Shown here piece after piece: positions 38,105 to 48,387 of a stretch of DNA of 64,000 nt (its first letter is position 1; the number at the start of each line of letters is the position of its first letter). Origin of the DNA: a virus; the IMG/VR virus record IMGVR_UViG_3300037258_000375, positions 1-64,000 of that record. The stretch is one strand, 5' to 3'. The position numbers and the translations under genes are program-made. The notes under the pieces were generated by a model. It did no database searches and was not told the DNA's origin. It worked only from the letters and a program-made list of their open reading frames with translations.

Positions 38105-38845
38105 ATGACAAGAGTTTTATCTATTGACTGGGATTACTTCTGCGAGGAAGACCCGCTGCTTGATATAAACCACCGTGAGTGCGATCTATTTCTCGAACAG
38201 ATGTGGGCAATCCGTAAATTTCACGCCAAGATGGAAAAGGGAAAGTTCGTCCTGGTAGACGGCGTGCCAGAAATAGTCGAGAGAGACTTTACCAAGATGC
38301 TTCCCTTTCGTGGGAGCGAACGTCAAGTCCTGGACTTGCCTTGCCTGCAATCTAACTACCAGATCGGCATCGCCGAAAGCCACGTCGCCATCCTCGAAAT
38401 GCTCGGGGATAAACGCGGGCTCGACATCGTGAACATCGATGCCCATCATGACCTTGGCTATGCCGAGGCTGATGACGATTACCACTTCGAGATGCATAAC
38501 GCCGATTGTGGCAATTGGGGCGCTTACTTGATCGTTTCCAGGCGCGTGAACTCCTTCACGCAGATATACCCCGCGTGGCGCAAGAAGTTCCGCGAGCATG
38601 GTTCCAGAAACACCGGGATCGGCTGGGCCAGGAAGAAGCTCAAAACCAAGATGCGCGTCTCCAATCTCCCGCCATGCGAGGTGGTCTCGTGGGATGAGTT
38701 GGATTATGTGTTCTTGTGCCGGTCCGGATGTTGGACACCGCCTGACTATGACGAGCGCTTCAACACGTTTTGCCGGATGCTGGGCAGCGAGGCAACGTTG
38801 CCAGTCCGTGACATTTCGGCCAATCCGGAGGTAAAGATCGCATGA
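38105..38845 (+). CDS. UPF0489/arginase-fold-like metallohydrolase
   Basis: VLSIDWDYF, NIDAHHDL, CRSGCWTPP. Confidence 0.65.
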   Translation: MTRVLSIDWDYFCEEDPLLDINHRECDLFLEQMWAIRKFHAKMEKGKFVLVDGVPEIVERDFTKMLPFRGSERQVLDLPCLQSNYQIGIAESHVAILEMLGDKRGLDIVNIDAHHDLGYAEADDDYHFEMHNADCGNWGAYLIVSRRVNSFTQIYPAWRKKFREHGSRNTGIGWARKKLKTKMRVSNLPPCEVVSWDELDYVFLCRSGCWTPPDYDERFNTFCRMLGSEATLPVRDISANPEVKIA

Positions 38846-39048
38846 GTGAAGCTAAAGCTCGTCTACAGGCTATGTGCCGCCGTCTCGCCCTCGCGCCAGT
38901 TCGCGTGTGTAAATCACTCCATCAGTGTGTGTTTTGTGGCCACCCGATCACTGTCGGCAATTCCTACAGAGATCGTGGCTATGGAGAGCGCGCGCACGTC
39001 ATTTGCTTTGAAGCCGTCAACCGTGAAGTCAATAAGGTCCGCAAGTGA
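38842..39048 (+). CDS. Small Zn-binding protein
   Basis: HQCVFC...HVIC. Confidence 0.55.
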   Translation: MSEAKARLQAMCRRLALAPVRVCKSLHQCVFCGHPITVGNSYRDRGYGERAHVICFEAVNREVNKVRK

Positions 39049-39224
39049 CCTGCATGACATGCAACGGTGACAAGTGGCTGCGCCGCGAGGTTCCGCACAA
39101 GTACATGCGAGAAGTCACCGTCACAACTGCGCGCATCTGCCCGCAGTGCAAGGGGACCGGAGTTATGCCGAAGATCGCACCGCCCGATCCGAGACAGTTT
39201 GAAGCAGAGGCTATAGAAAGCTAG
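39045..39224 (+). CDS. Small CxxCxG Zn-finger protein
   Basis: CMTCNG...CPQCKGTG; GTGA overlap. Confidence 0.55.
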   Translation: MTCMTCNGDKWLRREVPHKYMREVTVTTARICPQCKGTGVMPKIAPPDPRQFEAEAIES

Positions 39225-39233
39225 GGGGTATCT

Positions 39234-39812
39234 ATGAGCGTGATTGGAATTATTGGCGAATTCTACAAGGACTCGGGGAATAGACTCAAGCTGAATTCCT
39301 TGACGGTTATCACCGAGACCTTGAAAGCGTACGACGGAAAGGTTCATCGCGGACGCGACGGATACGATGTCGAGTGGTCACGACACTATGGATACATGTT
39401 CCACAACAGCAGCGGAGGAGGAGCCAAGACCGTTGAAGTGAGTGGAATCTATTTCATGAGCGGAGACGTGACGGTAGAGGAATTTCCTTGCCAGTTCGTC
39501 GATCATCGTGATAGGTCGCCGTTCAACGGCAAGCGAACGAAAGCCGTCCGCAAACGCAATCGCACGCGCCGCCTGCCTGTGCTTCCGAAGGCGTTCGATA
39601 TGGACGGTTGCGCGAATCTTCTGGAGTGGCTAGAACAGCACGCCATCCAAAGCGACGCGGTCTACTGCTCTGTTTGTCGCGATTACTACCCAACCAGCGA
39701 TGAATGGAATATGTGTGAGCACATCTGGTGGTGTGAAAAAACGGGATGGTGGTCTACTCCCAGCGAACGGTGCAAATGCAAGACGCGTGAACTATGCCAA
39801 GGAGAAGAGTAG
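39234..39812 (+). CDS. Hypothetical Cys-rich protein
   Basis: 192 aa. Confidence 0.6.
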   Translation: MSVIGIIGEFYKDSGNRLKLNSLTVITETLKAYDGKVHRGRDGYDVEWSRHYGYMFHNSSGGGAKTVEVSGIYFMSGDVTVEEFPCQFVDHRDRSPFNGKRTKAVRKRNRTRRLPVLPKAFDMDGCANLLEWLEQHAIQSDAVYCSVCRDYYPTSDEWNMCEHIWWCEKTGWWSTPSERCKCKTRELCQGEE

Positions 39813-39816
39813 CCAC

Positions 39817-40353
39817 ATGCCGAAGATTACGAGAGATGACTTGATTTGGGCCGCTGGGCTATTCGATGGAGAGGGGTGTATCAGTCTCAGTAAAAGGAGT
39901 CCTCAAGTGCTTAACAATGCAGTGAGCCATAACTATGTTCTCATCGCCAAAGTTACGATGTGTCACGAATCTACGGTCTTACGCCTCCATGATATTTTCG
40001 GCGTCGGCACTGTTCATAAACAACGCCGACAAAAGAAGCACTTCTCTCGATCTTGGGTCTGGTTCTGCAATCGTGCTGATGCTGAATTTGTGATACTCCA
40101 GATGAAGCCATGGTTATTCACTAAAGCCAGCGAAGCAGATTTGGCGGTTGAGTTTTTCTCTCTTCCACTCATGGAAAAGGGTGGAAGGTGGGGAAGTCGC
40201 CCGGTGACACCGCAGCTTGAAACAAAGCGCCATCAACTCTTCGTGAAGCTGCGCAACTGCAAATCTCGGAATGCCGCAATAGAAAGGAGAGCTAAGAATG
40301 AAAATAAAATATCAAGACATAAAACTGGGCGCTCGATCACTGGAATTGATTAA
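39817..40353 (+). CDS. Free-standing LAGLIDADG homing endonuclease
   Basis: LIWAAGLFDGEGCISL...LHDIFGVG...PWLFTK. Confidence 0.85.
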   Translation: MPKITRDDLIWAAGLFDGEGCISLSKRSPQVLNNAVSHNYVLIAKVTMCHESTVLRLHDIFGVGTVHKQRRQKKHFSRSWVWFCNRADAEFVILQMKPWLFTKASEADLAVEFFSLPLMEKGGRWGSRPVTPQLETKRHQLFVKLRNCKSRNAAIERRAKNENKISRHKTGRSITGID

Positions 40354-41224
40354 AATCTGCAACACGATTGTTGCCGATTATCAACGTCAGGGTTACATAC
40401 TGACACTTCGGCAGCTTTTTTATCAGCTTGTCAGCCGTGATGTGATCCCGAACAGACAAAGCGAGTACAAACGCGTCGGTTCGGTCGTCAATGACGGCAG
40501 GCTCGCCGGGTTAATCGACTGGAGCGCTTTAGAAGACCGCACACGCAACGTCAAGTCTGTGGGCCACTGGGACTCGCCGGAGGAGATCGTCGAGGCCATC
40601 TCCCGCCAGTACGCCATCGACAAGTGGGAAGGGCAACCCACGCGCCCCGAGGTGTGGATCGAGAAAGACGCCCTTGTTGGCGTTATTGAACGAACATGCA
40701 GAGATATTGACGTGTCTTACTTCTCTTGCCGTGGCTACACTTCGCAGTCGGAGATGTGGGGAGCCGCGCAGCGGTTCATCCAGAATGCGAAGCAGAAACA
40801 AGTGACACACGTCATTCACCTGGGAGATCACGACCCTTCCGGGATCGACATGAGCCGCGACATCGAAGACCGCATCCGCATGTTCATGTCGCACCATGGC
40901 TACGGTGCCAGCTTGTTTGAATTCTCGCGCATCGCGCTCAACCGCGACCAGATCGACCAGTACAATCCACCACCGAACCCAGCGAAGTCAACGGATAGCC
41001 GCTTCCAGGGATACAGCGACGAGCACGGTGACGAGTCCTGGGAGTTGGATGCCTTGGAGCCCGCTGTCTTGGACGGTTTGATACGGGACAAAATTGCTGA
41101 GTTTCGCGACGACGACCTGTATGCCGAGAGGCAGGATCAGGAAGACCGCGAAAAGAGCCAGCTTGCCAAGGTCAGCGACAAGTGGGAAACGGTTGTCGAG
41201 TTCATCGAAAACGAAGACGAATAA
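40298..41224 (+). CDS. TopoVI-A/Spo11-like TOPRIM protein
   Basis: LTLRQLFYQLV (winged-helix Tyr), EVWIEKDAL, RGY, HLGDHDPSG (DxD). Confidence 0.75.
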   Translation: MKIKYQDIKLGARSLELIKICNTIVADYQRQGYILTLRQLFYQLVSRDVIPNRQSEYKRVGSVVNDGRLAGLIDWSALEDRTRNVKSVGHWDSPEEIVEAISRQYAIDKWEGQPTRPEVWIEKDALVGVIERTCRDIDVSYFSCRGYTSQSEMWGAAQRFIQNAKQKQVTHVIHLGDHDPSGIDMSRDIEDRIRMFMSHHGYGASLFEFSRIALNRDQIDQYNPPPNPAKSTDSRFQGYSDEHGDESWELDALEPAVLDGLIRDKIAEFRDDDLYAERQDQEDREKSQLAKVSDKWETVVEFIENEDE

Positions 41225-41235
41225 TCGGAGGGTTT

Positions 41236-41670
41236 ATGAGCGAATCGAAAATGGGGGCCATCGTCCAGTATTGCGGGCACGATGGATGGTTCATCGCCGA
41301 TATCCATCGAGTGGAAAACGTGAATGTCATCTACGCTTCACGGCCTGTCACGATGGAGAATCTCAACCGTCCAGCGGAGGACTGCACGCACCACATCACA
41401 GACTTCCCGGTTGGTGGCTTCTGGAAGCCGCAGAAGGGTATCTTCGTGATCCCTGAAGCGCAGTGCAAGGCATTGTCTGGCAATGGCGCGCCCAAGCAGG
41501 GGAAGGAGTTTGTTGCATCGATCCTCCCCGAAGTGGTATGCAGCGACGAAGTCAATGGTTGGATGATCCTCGCCGCTCCGGGTGCTAAATGCGCCTTGCT
41601 ATCTGGAGCAAAAACTGAAGTGGCCGCATGGAACAGAGCCGCTCGAATGCTCGGCTGTACCGCTTATTAA
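41236..41670 (+). CDS. Hypothetical protein
   Basis: GGAGG SD. Confidence 0.6.
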   Translation: MSESKMGAIVQYCGHDGWFIADIHRVENVNVIYASRPVTMENLNRPAEDCTHHITDFPVGGFWKPQKGIFVIPEAQCKALSGNGAPKQGKEFVASILPEVVCSDEVNGWMILAAPGAKCALLSGAKTEVAAWNRAARMLGCTAY

Positions 41671-41679
41671 GGAGGGCCT

Positions 41680-42466
41680 ATGCCAGCGCTAGGATCAGAG
41701 TGGATCAAAGTACGACCGGAACTCGCCGCAGGCGGAGAGCATTTCACGTTTAAGACGGAGATCAGCGTGGACCGTGGGGGAATGTTCACGTTCACGATCC
41801 CGGAAGAATTGGAAGATACCGCCAGGGCGAACGCGAAGGGTAAGGTCGATGTATCGGTCGGCAAGATGCGCGTGAATTACTACATTATGACGCGGACGAA
41901 AGACCAAGGTATGGAATTCCTTCGCTCGGTCGCGCAAGATTACATCAACTGCGACGTCACTCGTGAGACAGTGATTCTCTACACGACACGTGCGAACGTA
42001 AGCTATTGGAAGAAACAAGACGGTGCCATCGTTCCGAACGGAGCCTACGATCCAAACTACAGCAAGATGGACATGGCACGGTAAGACTTCGAACGAATGG
42101 AGGTTTGATAGGGATATAACTTATTCGGTGGGCTTGATGGCTCATGCGTATATCAAGGTCACGGCACACCGCAAGTCCGGGGATCAGATTGGATGGGAAC
42201 GCGCCGGGGAGAACTGCCACTCGGAGCCAGACAACTACCTGGACAAGCTCAACTCCTTCATCGGCGGTCTTTCCATAAGTGACATGGGAGAGTACCAGGA
42301 GATTCCGTACACCGAAGAAGCGGCCAAGTTCTTCTATGAGGCTATCCTCTCGATCTGCAAGCTCTCGGATCGAATCGAATCCTTCTTCGGTAATCCGGGG
42401 AACGTACAGAAAGCCATTGAGAGCCGCGCAAGCTTCATGCTCGGGGCTGGGAAGGAAAAATCATGA
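41680..42466 (+). pseudogene. Hypothetical gene apparently split by a frameshift near 42065
   Basis: ORFs 41680..42084 and 42023..42466 overlap; the second lacks its own SD; total length is 3n+1. Confidence 0.5.
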
Positions 42467-42669
42467 CTACTCGCTTGAAGGGGTTCACGGTCGTACTCGA
42501 CCATGACATCCGCGATGACGACGCCGAGACAATCAAGCAAGCGATCCTCGCGCTTCGCCACGTACAAGACGTTCAACCGGTGCCGGTGGACGTCGCAGAC
42601 TTTATCATCCGCGCTCGCGTCCGGCGTGAACTATTGGAAAAAGTTCTCAAGGTCATTGAGGAGAACTAA
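42463..42669 (+). CDS. Hypothetical phage protein
   Basis: KGFTVVLDHDIRDDDAETIKQAI. Confidence 0.7.
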   Translation: MTTRLKGFTVVLDHDIRDDDAETIKQAILALRHVQDVQPVPVDVADFIIRARVRRELLEKVLKVIEEN

Positions 42670-42735
42670 GCCGGATTCAACCGTCCGAACTCTGGACGGG
42701 TAACCACAACCATCAACCAAAGGGAGAAGAACATC

Positions 42736-43041
42736 ATGAGTGATATAAGAGCAGCAGTCAAAGAAGTCGAGGGGCAGATTGAGACGCGTATGCGTTTCCT
42801 CCAGGCTCTTGCGTTTCTCGAATCGCTGGGCAAGACCATCGGGATACATCTTGTGGCACAAGACATCTCGGGGCGAAAGGTCAAGTCTGCGAAGGTGAGC
42901 CATCACAAGAAGGCAGCCCAACCAGCCAAGCGCAAGCTGAGCACAGCGGGCCGCAAGGCAATCGCAGCAGCAGCAAAGAAGCGCTGGGCAAAGGTCCACG
43001 CCGCACAGCGGGCAGCAAAGAAGAAGAAGGCCGCGAAGTAA
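42736..43041 (+). CDS. Basic Ala/Lys-rich nucleoid-associated-like protein
   Basis: N-terminal helix plus KRKLSTAGRKAIAAAAKKRWAKV. Confidence 0.7.
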   Translation: MSDIRAAVKEVEGQIETRMRFLQALAFLESLGKTIGIHLVAQDISGRKVKSAKVSHHKKAAQPAKRKLSTAGRKAIAAAAKKRWAKVHAAQRAAKKKKAAK

Positions 43042-43100
43042 GCGGCCCTTCCTGGACTCCCTCCCCCTCACCCTCTCACACACAGAAAGGTATTCGAGCG

Positions 43101-44201
43101 ATGGCAAAGACGAAGGTACCCACGATCACGACCACTGTAGAAGCATTCGTAGCAGCGCTAAAGAACACGGTCACGGAAAGAGGCTCTGTCACCATACCCA
43201 TCCTTGGCTACGCGCGCGTACAAAACGCGACAGTGATCGGCACGACTCTCGATGTGTTCACTATCGTGAAGTTCGAGGGCAAGGGGCAGGGAGACTTCCT
43301 CATCCACCCACGTCGCGCTATCGATGTATTGAGCGGAGAAAAAGGTCCGCTTGTGATCGAATTTCACGACACAAACGAACCGAGGGGCGAGCGCAAGGTA
43401 AAGCTCAAGGTGGGCACGCTTGAGTTCACGCTTCCGACGCTGGCGGTCGAGAACTTCCCTCACATGCCGGAGCCGATAAAGACGACTCTCGCCATAGATG
43501 GTGCCGCGCTCAAGACGATGATCGACCGCACCCGCATCGCAGTCTCAGCAGACGAATCGCGCTACACGATCAACGGCACACTCCTATCAACTGAAAATGG
43601 AACTGTCACGATGGTAGCGACAGATGGGCACCGCATGAGTGTCGTAACCGCACCTGGAGAAGGAGAGCTTGAGAATGTCATTCTCTCGAAGAGCACAACG
43701 GAGTGGCTTCGCAACAACTGCCGGGGCAAGGTACAGATCGGCAGAGATACCAGTGGTAACATCATCTCCACGGATACGGGAATTGTGATATCGAAGACGC
43801 TGAGCGGCCAATTCCCGAACTATCAGGCTGTGATCCCAACAAAGTCTTCAGTCTCCGTACGCTTCTCTTCCTCCAAAACAGCCGCCGCCTTCTTGAAGCG
43901 CGCTTGCAAATGCGCGAGCCGAGAGAGCGGCACGATCAAGCTGTTTCTCGAAAAAGGAAAGCAAGAGGTAGTGATTTTGGCTGAATCGTTGGAGCGCGGA
44001 TCGGCGCGTGTTCCAGTCCCCGCAGCTATTGAAAACATGCAGACTACGGGAATGACGATTGGATTCTGCGGAGAGTTCATTCTCGATTTTCTTGCCGTGC
44101 TCCCCGACCAGGAATTCACCCTCTCTCTCACCAAGGCAGACATGGCCGGAATGTTCGAGGTGGAGAACTTCAAGTACATTGTCATGCCGATGCGCCTCTG
44201 A
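43101..44201 (+). CDS. dnaN: DNA polymerase III beta sliding clamp
   Basis: ESRYTINGTLL, MVATDGHRM, GQFPNYQAVIP, C-terminal YIVMPMRL. Confidence 0.93.
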   Translation: MAKTKVPTITTTVEAFVAALKNTVTERGSVTIPILGYARVQNATVIGTTLDVFTIVKFEGKGQGDFLIHPRRAIDVLSGEKGPLVIEFHDTNEPRGERKVKLKVGTLEFTLPTLAVENFPHMPEPIKTTLAIDGAALKTMIDRTRIAVSADESRYTINGTLLSTENGTVTMVATDGHRMSVVTAPGEGELENVILSKSTTEWLRNNCRGKVQIGRDTSGNIISTDTGIVISKTLSGQFPNYQAVIPTKSSVSVRFSSSKTAAAFLKRACKCASRESGTIKLFLEKGKQEVVILAESLERGSARVPVPAAIENMQTTGMTIGFCGEFILDFLAVLPDQEFTLSLTKADMAGMFEVENFKYIVMPMRL

Positions 44202-44229
44202 CAATAACCTCACTTGTGTACGATTATTC

Positions 44230-44258
44230 TTGACACCGAATAAAAAGGAGCGCAGAGT
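44230..44258 (+). promoter_or_regulatory. Promoter, TTGACA-N17-CAGAGT type
   Basis: TTGACACCGAATAAAAAGGAGCGCAGAGT. Confidence 0.65.
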
Positions 44259-44307
44259 AACAAAGAACCGCTCATGCGGGCAATCAATCTCCGGGAGGAA
44301 TAACGCT

Positions 44308-45120
44308 ATGGCAGTTGAATGGGCATCGGAAGATATAAAGCGGGCGGGGGCACTTTACGTTGCATTCCCGGAAGACATCACCATTGTCGAGGAACTCAAC
44401 GGACGGCATGATCCGACCGACATCGAGGCTCTTGCCGCTGACATCGAAGCCAACGATCAGCACACGCCGGTTGGCCTTCGCAAGAATGACGACGGGCAAC
44501 CAGTGCTTGTGTACGGTCACCGCCGCTGGGAAGCGGTCGCGTTGCTCAACAAGAAGTACCCGCATAGCAAGCGCAAGCTTGTCGGCACCTATCTGAGCGT
44601 GGATGAGAACGGCGCGTTCATCGCCGCGATCAGCGAGAACCGTTTCCGCAAGGACGTATCCCCCATAGACGACTGTGCGAATATCAACACGCTGCGCAAG
44701 CGGCTGAAGTTCGCAGATGAGGACATCGCTAAGGTCTATTTCCCCGAAGCCAAGAGCAAGGAAGAACTCGCAGCGGCTCTCCGCTTCGTGAAGCAACGCG
44801 GATCGCTCATTGAACTCGCGCCCGAGGCAGCTACCGCCGTCCGCGAGGGCAAGGTCAAGGTAACCGCTGCCGTCAGGCTCGCGAAGCTCTCCAAGAACTT
44901 GCAGCGCGAGAAGCTGAAAGAGCAGCCAGCCAAGATGAAGGCAAAGGACGTGCCCGCGCCGAAGCCGAAGCGTGAGAGCATTCCCGCGACCATGCTTCCC
45001 CTGGTGAAGAAGGCAATCAAGGACTTGCTGTTGAAAGACCTCGAAAACACGCAGTATCCCTACGTCGAGGTCAAGCGGGAGCCTATGCTTGCTCTCTACC
45101 GTCTCATCAACCCTAGCTAG
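44308..45120 (+). CDS. ParB/Srx-domain protein
   Basis: IEALAADIEA..QHTPV, LVYGHRRWEA, ISENRFRKDVSP. Confidence 0.82.
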   Translation: MAVEWASEDIKRAGALYVAFPEDITIVEELNGRHDPTDIEALAADIEANDQHTPVGLRKNDDGQPVLVYGHRRWEAVALLNKKYPHSKRKLVGTYLSVDENGAFIAAISENRFRKDVSPIDDCANINTLRKRLKFADEDIAKVYFPEAKSKEELAAALRFVKQRGSLIELAPEAATAVREGKVKVTAAVRLAKLSKNLQREKLKEQPAKMKAKDVPAPKPKRESIPATMLPLVKKAIKDLLLKDLENTQYPYVEVKREPMLALYRLINPS

Positions 45121-45151
45121 TCCGAGCTTCGGATAGGTCAAGGAGATATCG

Positions 45152-45706
45152 ATGAAGCTGAGCTATGCTGAACGCCATCGCTTCGACAAGGCCGCTCCAT
45201 TCAAGATCGATGGTGTTTACTGTAAGCTGATTCCTTTGACGAAGGGGCAGTACGCAATCGTGTGGGAATCCGATTACGAATGGTTAATGTTTTGGAACTG
45301 GTGCGCTAGATGGAACGGCCATCCCAAGACGTACTATGCCGTTCGTGGCGTACAAAAAGACGATAGACAGCAACTGATTTATATGCACCGCTTTATCAAA
45401 GGGCTTGCCCCCGGTGATTTACTCCAATGCGATCATAAAAGTCCTGGGAGCGGCTTGGATTGCCGACGCTCTAATTTACGCATTGCCTCTAACGCGCAGA
45501 ATCACTGGAATCAAGGTGTACGCAAGAATAACAAAAGTGGCTATAAAGGCGTATATCTTCGGAAAGATACAGGGAAATGGACGGCACAGATTACAGTGAA
45601 CGGACGATGCAAGACACTCGGTTCATTTCGCAGTAGACGCGTAGCTTTTCTCGCGTATTGTAAGGCAGCAGAACTTTACCATGGCGAATTCGCACGAGTC
45701 GCTTAA
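45152..45706 (+). CDS. HNH-AP2 homing endonuclease
   Basis: IPLTKG, MHRFI, CDH...RRSNLR, NNKSGYKGV, YHGEFAR. Confidence 0.88.
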   Translation: MKLSYAERHRFDKAAPFKIDGVYCKLIPLTKGQYAIVWESDYEWLMFWNWCARWNGHPKTYYAVRGVQKDDRQQLIYMHRFIKGLAPGDLLQCDHKSPGSGLDCRRSNLRIASNAQNHWNQGVRKNNKSGYKGVYLRKDTGKWTAQITVNGRCKTLGSFRSRRVAFLAYCKAAELYHGEFARVA

Positions 45707-45721
45707 GATAAGGAAAATTGC

Positions 45722-45949
45722 ATGAGTGTCAAAATCAAAGGGCATCGCCTTCTTCCCGCTGATCCACAACAACCGCGCAGAGCCACATGTGGATGTGGCG
45801 CATGGTGTAACTTAATCACCGGAGTCGGGTCCGCGCTTATTCTCAAGGCAAGGTCCGATTGGCACCTGGAGCATAAGCTCAACGTCCTCCACAGCCAGGG
45901 TAAGCTCGACGAAGAGGAGGATAAACCGATATGGGCGGACATGCGATAG
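45722..45949 (+). CDS. Hypothetical protein
   Basis: ATCGCG...WHLEHK. Confidence 0.6.
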   Translation: MSVKIKGHRLLPADPQQPRRATCGCGAWCNLITGVGSALILKARSDWHLEHKLNVLHSQGKLDEEEDKPIWADMR

Positions 45950-46230
45950 GTGCTGTGATCTTTGGGATATTTTTCCTTTCGGCTATCAGCGTTGCATTGA
46001 TCGGTCTTATTCGGCTTGACGATAAGAGCGGGCGGAGTGTTGACTGGCACAGACGCAATGGACGCTGGCGTGTACAGTATCCAAACGGCGGTGTCTCGCA
46101 ACCATTTACGCGCTCCGTGGCTAAGGATTACGCGAAGTTGTTCGGCGGTGTTGTCGTTCGAAAGGAGAAGGAACCAAATGAATCTGGACAAAGCGAACTG
46201 GAGGAAGGGTCTTCATCCGGAAGACATTGA
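45931..46230 (+). CDS. Membrane-anchored hypothetical protein
   Basis: N-terminal TM; GGAGG SD. Confidence 0.55.
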   Translation: MGGHAIGAVIFGIFFLSAISVALIGLIRLDDKSGRSVDWHRRNGRWRVQYPNGGVSQPFTRSVAKDYAKLFGGVVVRKEKEPNESGQSELEEGSSSGRH

Positions 46231-46381
46231 AGCGGACGGTCAGCGCTATGGCCCAGCATTCGTGTTTGGCACACGCATGTACCATTCGCATAAACCTATC
46301 AACTACACGGCAATTTTTGTCGTCTTCTTTTTCATCTCTTTCGTTCTCTCGTTTCTTGGATTCCGACTCGGCTGGTGGTAA
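46178..46381 (+). CDS. Small membrane protein
   Basis: C-terminal TM. Confidence 0.5.
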   Translation: MNLDKANWRKGLHPEDIEADGQRYGPAFVFGTRMYHSHKPINYTAIFVVFFFISFVLSFLGFRLGWW

Positions 46382-46393
46382 TGAGGTGCTGCT

Positions 46394-46672
46394 GTGAGCA
46401 TTAAAGAAATCGTAATTCACACGTACAGTTGCCGGTGCGATTTACCAGAATGTCCGGGGAAGGGAAAGCCTTGGATCGCAACAAAAGGAGTACCGAAGCG
46501 ATGCCGGTACTGCAAGAGACTGGCCTGGAACGGCAAAGGTCGGGAGGTACGAAAGAACGCACTCCCCATCAAGTACGACGACATGACCGACGAAGAGCGT
46601 CGTGAATACAACCGCAAGAAGAAAACTGAGTCGAGAGCCAGGATAAAAAAAGAGGCTGGGGATGACGACTAA
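46394..46672 (+). CDS. Zn-ribbon protein
   Basis: CRC...W...PKRCRYCK..WN. Confidence 0.6.
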   Translation: MSIKEIVIHTYSCRCDLPECPGKGKPWIATKGVPKRCRYCKRLAWNGKGREVRKNALPIKYDDMTDEERREYNRKKKTESRARIKKEAGDDD

Positions 46673-46979
46673 CAAAAAGACGCTGCCTCTCCGAATCCTT
46701 GAGGCTCTAGCCGCGTTCGAAGATGGGCGCGCCGCGTACGTCCATCTCATGTGGAAGGTGTGGCCACCGAAGGATTACCCACGAGCTTATCGGCACTCAG
46801 GCAAGGGTGGTCCTCCGGGAGTGTCACGAGTTTTCAGTGGGGCTCTCAACCGGATGCGGCAACAGGGGTTGATTGCACGTACGCGATATTCCATTGGATA
46901 CGAGCAGCGATATGGACAGCCAGATGTAATCATTCTCTCCACCGGAAGAAAGGCGCTCAAAGATGATCTTCAAGCGTGA
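46662..46979 (+). CDS. Winged-helix-like hypothetical protein
   Basis: LNRMRQQGLI...STGRKAL. Confidence 0.55.
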   Translation: MTTNKKTLPLRILEALAAFEDGRAAYVHLMWKVWPPKDYPRAYRHSGKGGPPGVSRVFSGALNRMRQQGLIARTRYSIGYEQRYGQPDVIILSTGRKALKDDLQA

Positions 46980-47154
46980 ACGCAGAACCTATCCAACTGT
47001 ACATTGGCAGGGCGGACGCCTGCCAGGAAGTATCCGTACGTTCTGCGGACCTCTCATCACCGACAAGACGGCGCATTCGCCCGACAAAGCAAAGGTGAAC
47101 TGCAAGCGGTGTCTCCAGTGCATGAGGCGGCACGGGCATCTTCCGACAGAATAA
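46963..47154 (+). CDS. Small Cys-containing protein
   Basis: TVH...FCG...VNCKRC. Confidence 0.55.
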   Translation: MIFKRERRTYPTVHWQGGRLPGSIRTFCGPLITDKTAHSPDKAKVNCKRCLQCMRRHGHLPTE

Positions 47155-47166
47155 GGAGGTCATGGG

Positions 47167-47823
47167 ATGGAATTCCCCGATCTTGAAAAATTGGACGACA
47201 TAGCGCTCATGAAAGAAGTCGTTGCTGAGAACGGCGATGCGCTCGCGGTATTATTTGACCGTTACCACAACAGGGTTCTTAGTGTAGGGCTCAGAATTCT
47301 CAAGAATCGCGAAGAAGCTGAAGAAGTAATGCAGCAGGTATTTTTAGAAGTTTGGCGTGTAGGAGCAAAGTTCGATCCCGCAAAGGGAAAGTTCTACACG
47401 TGGTTGATGCAATACGCTTATCATCGAAGTCTTAATCGGAGGCAGAGCCTTATCTCTCGACGTTTCTGGAGTCATTGCGGCTTCGACATATTCGCCGGGA
47501 TGCGTGCAGGGAGCGACGATAAGGTTAATCGGCGATTCCGCGATGGCACCTTTGAGCCGCCCGAGGAGTTAATGTTGCGGCCTCAAGGTGAGTGCAACCG
47601 GCTCGTGGAGGAAGTGCTGAAGGCATTGAATGAAGAACAGCGACATGCAATTCGCCTTGTCCACTACGAAGGCATGAGTTTGAAAGAGGCTGCTGAAGTA
47701 GCTAACACGCCTTTTCACAATATGCGTCACCATTATTACCGGGGTTTGCAAAAGATGAAAAAGCATCTTTCTATACTTGCTCAAAAAAACAAAAACTTGG
47801 ACACTCTCGGAGGAAAATCGTGA
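47167..47823 (+). CDS. ECF-type sigma-70 family RNA polymerase sigma factor
   Basis: LFDRY..., EAEEVMQQVFLEVW, F.TWLMQYAY (region 2); L.EEQRHAIRL.HYEGMSLKEAAE (region 4). Confidence 0.9.
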   Translation: MEFPDLEKLDDIALMKEVVAENGDALAVLFDRYHNRVLSVGLRILKNREEAEEVMQQVFLEVWRVGAKFDPAKGKFYTWLMQYAYHRSLNRRQSLISRRFWSHCGFDIFAGMRAGSDDKVNRRFRDGTFEPPEELMLRPQGECNRLVEEVLKALNEEQRHAIRLVHYEGMSLKEAAEVANTPFHNMRHHYYRGLQKMKKHLSILAQKNKNLDTLGGKS

Positions 47824-48152
47824 GCGAATTTATGACCGTGGACCATCCGCGAGCTTTCGAGGGTATGACTCTCGATCCTCACAAAGAGTTGCGGATCAAG
47901 CACTATCCGGAAGAGACGCATCTATGCCCGCTCTGCAAGGGCTACGGCGGATGGCATCTCCAGTTCGACGCCTACGGTCCAGGCAAGCACTTTGACTCTA
48001 GTTGCTTCCAGTGCAACGGGTGGGGATACGTCTCGGCAAAGGATGCAGATCACATACATAAGTACGGTCCAGGCACTACGGTAGGGCACTGCCTGAATAA
48101 CTATACCTGTGAGATTTGCAATCAAGTACGCACTGTCGATTCGAGCGACTGA
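47820..48152 (+). CDS. DnaJ-type CxxCxGxG Zn-finger protein
   Basis: CPLCKGYG...CFQCNGWG. Confidence 0.7.
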   Translation: MSEFMTVDHPRAFEGMTLDPHKELRIKHYPEETHLCPLCKGYGGWHLQFDAYGPGKHFDSSCFQCNGWGYVSAKDADHIHKYGPGTTVGHCLNNYTCEICNQVRTVDSSD

Positions 48153-48153
48153 A

Positions 48154-48387
48154 ATGAAGCGGCGGGTCGTCATCGAAGTGTGGGAGTGTGAGTGCTCGCA
48201 GTGCGGGCATCCGCGAGACCGATACAAGCCTTGGTACAGTCTCGCGAAGCGTCCTCCGCAAGAATGCCCTGGTTGTGGATCGCGTGAATGGGACGGCAAG
48301 AAGATCAAGCACAAACCGGGGGCGAAGCCGAAGATCGAATTACCAAAACCAGTTCGAGTGAGAGCTACCGAGGGGGACGAATGCTAA
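48154..48387 (+). CDS. Zn-ribbon protein (similar to 46394..46672)
   Basis: CSQCG...W...PQECPGCGSREWD. Confidence 0.6.
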   Translation: MKRRVVIEVWECECSQCGHPRDRYKPWYSLAKRPPQECPGCGSREWDGKKIKHKPGAKPKIELPKPVRVRATEGDEC

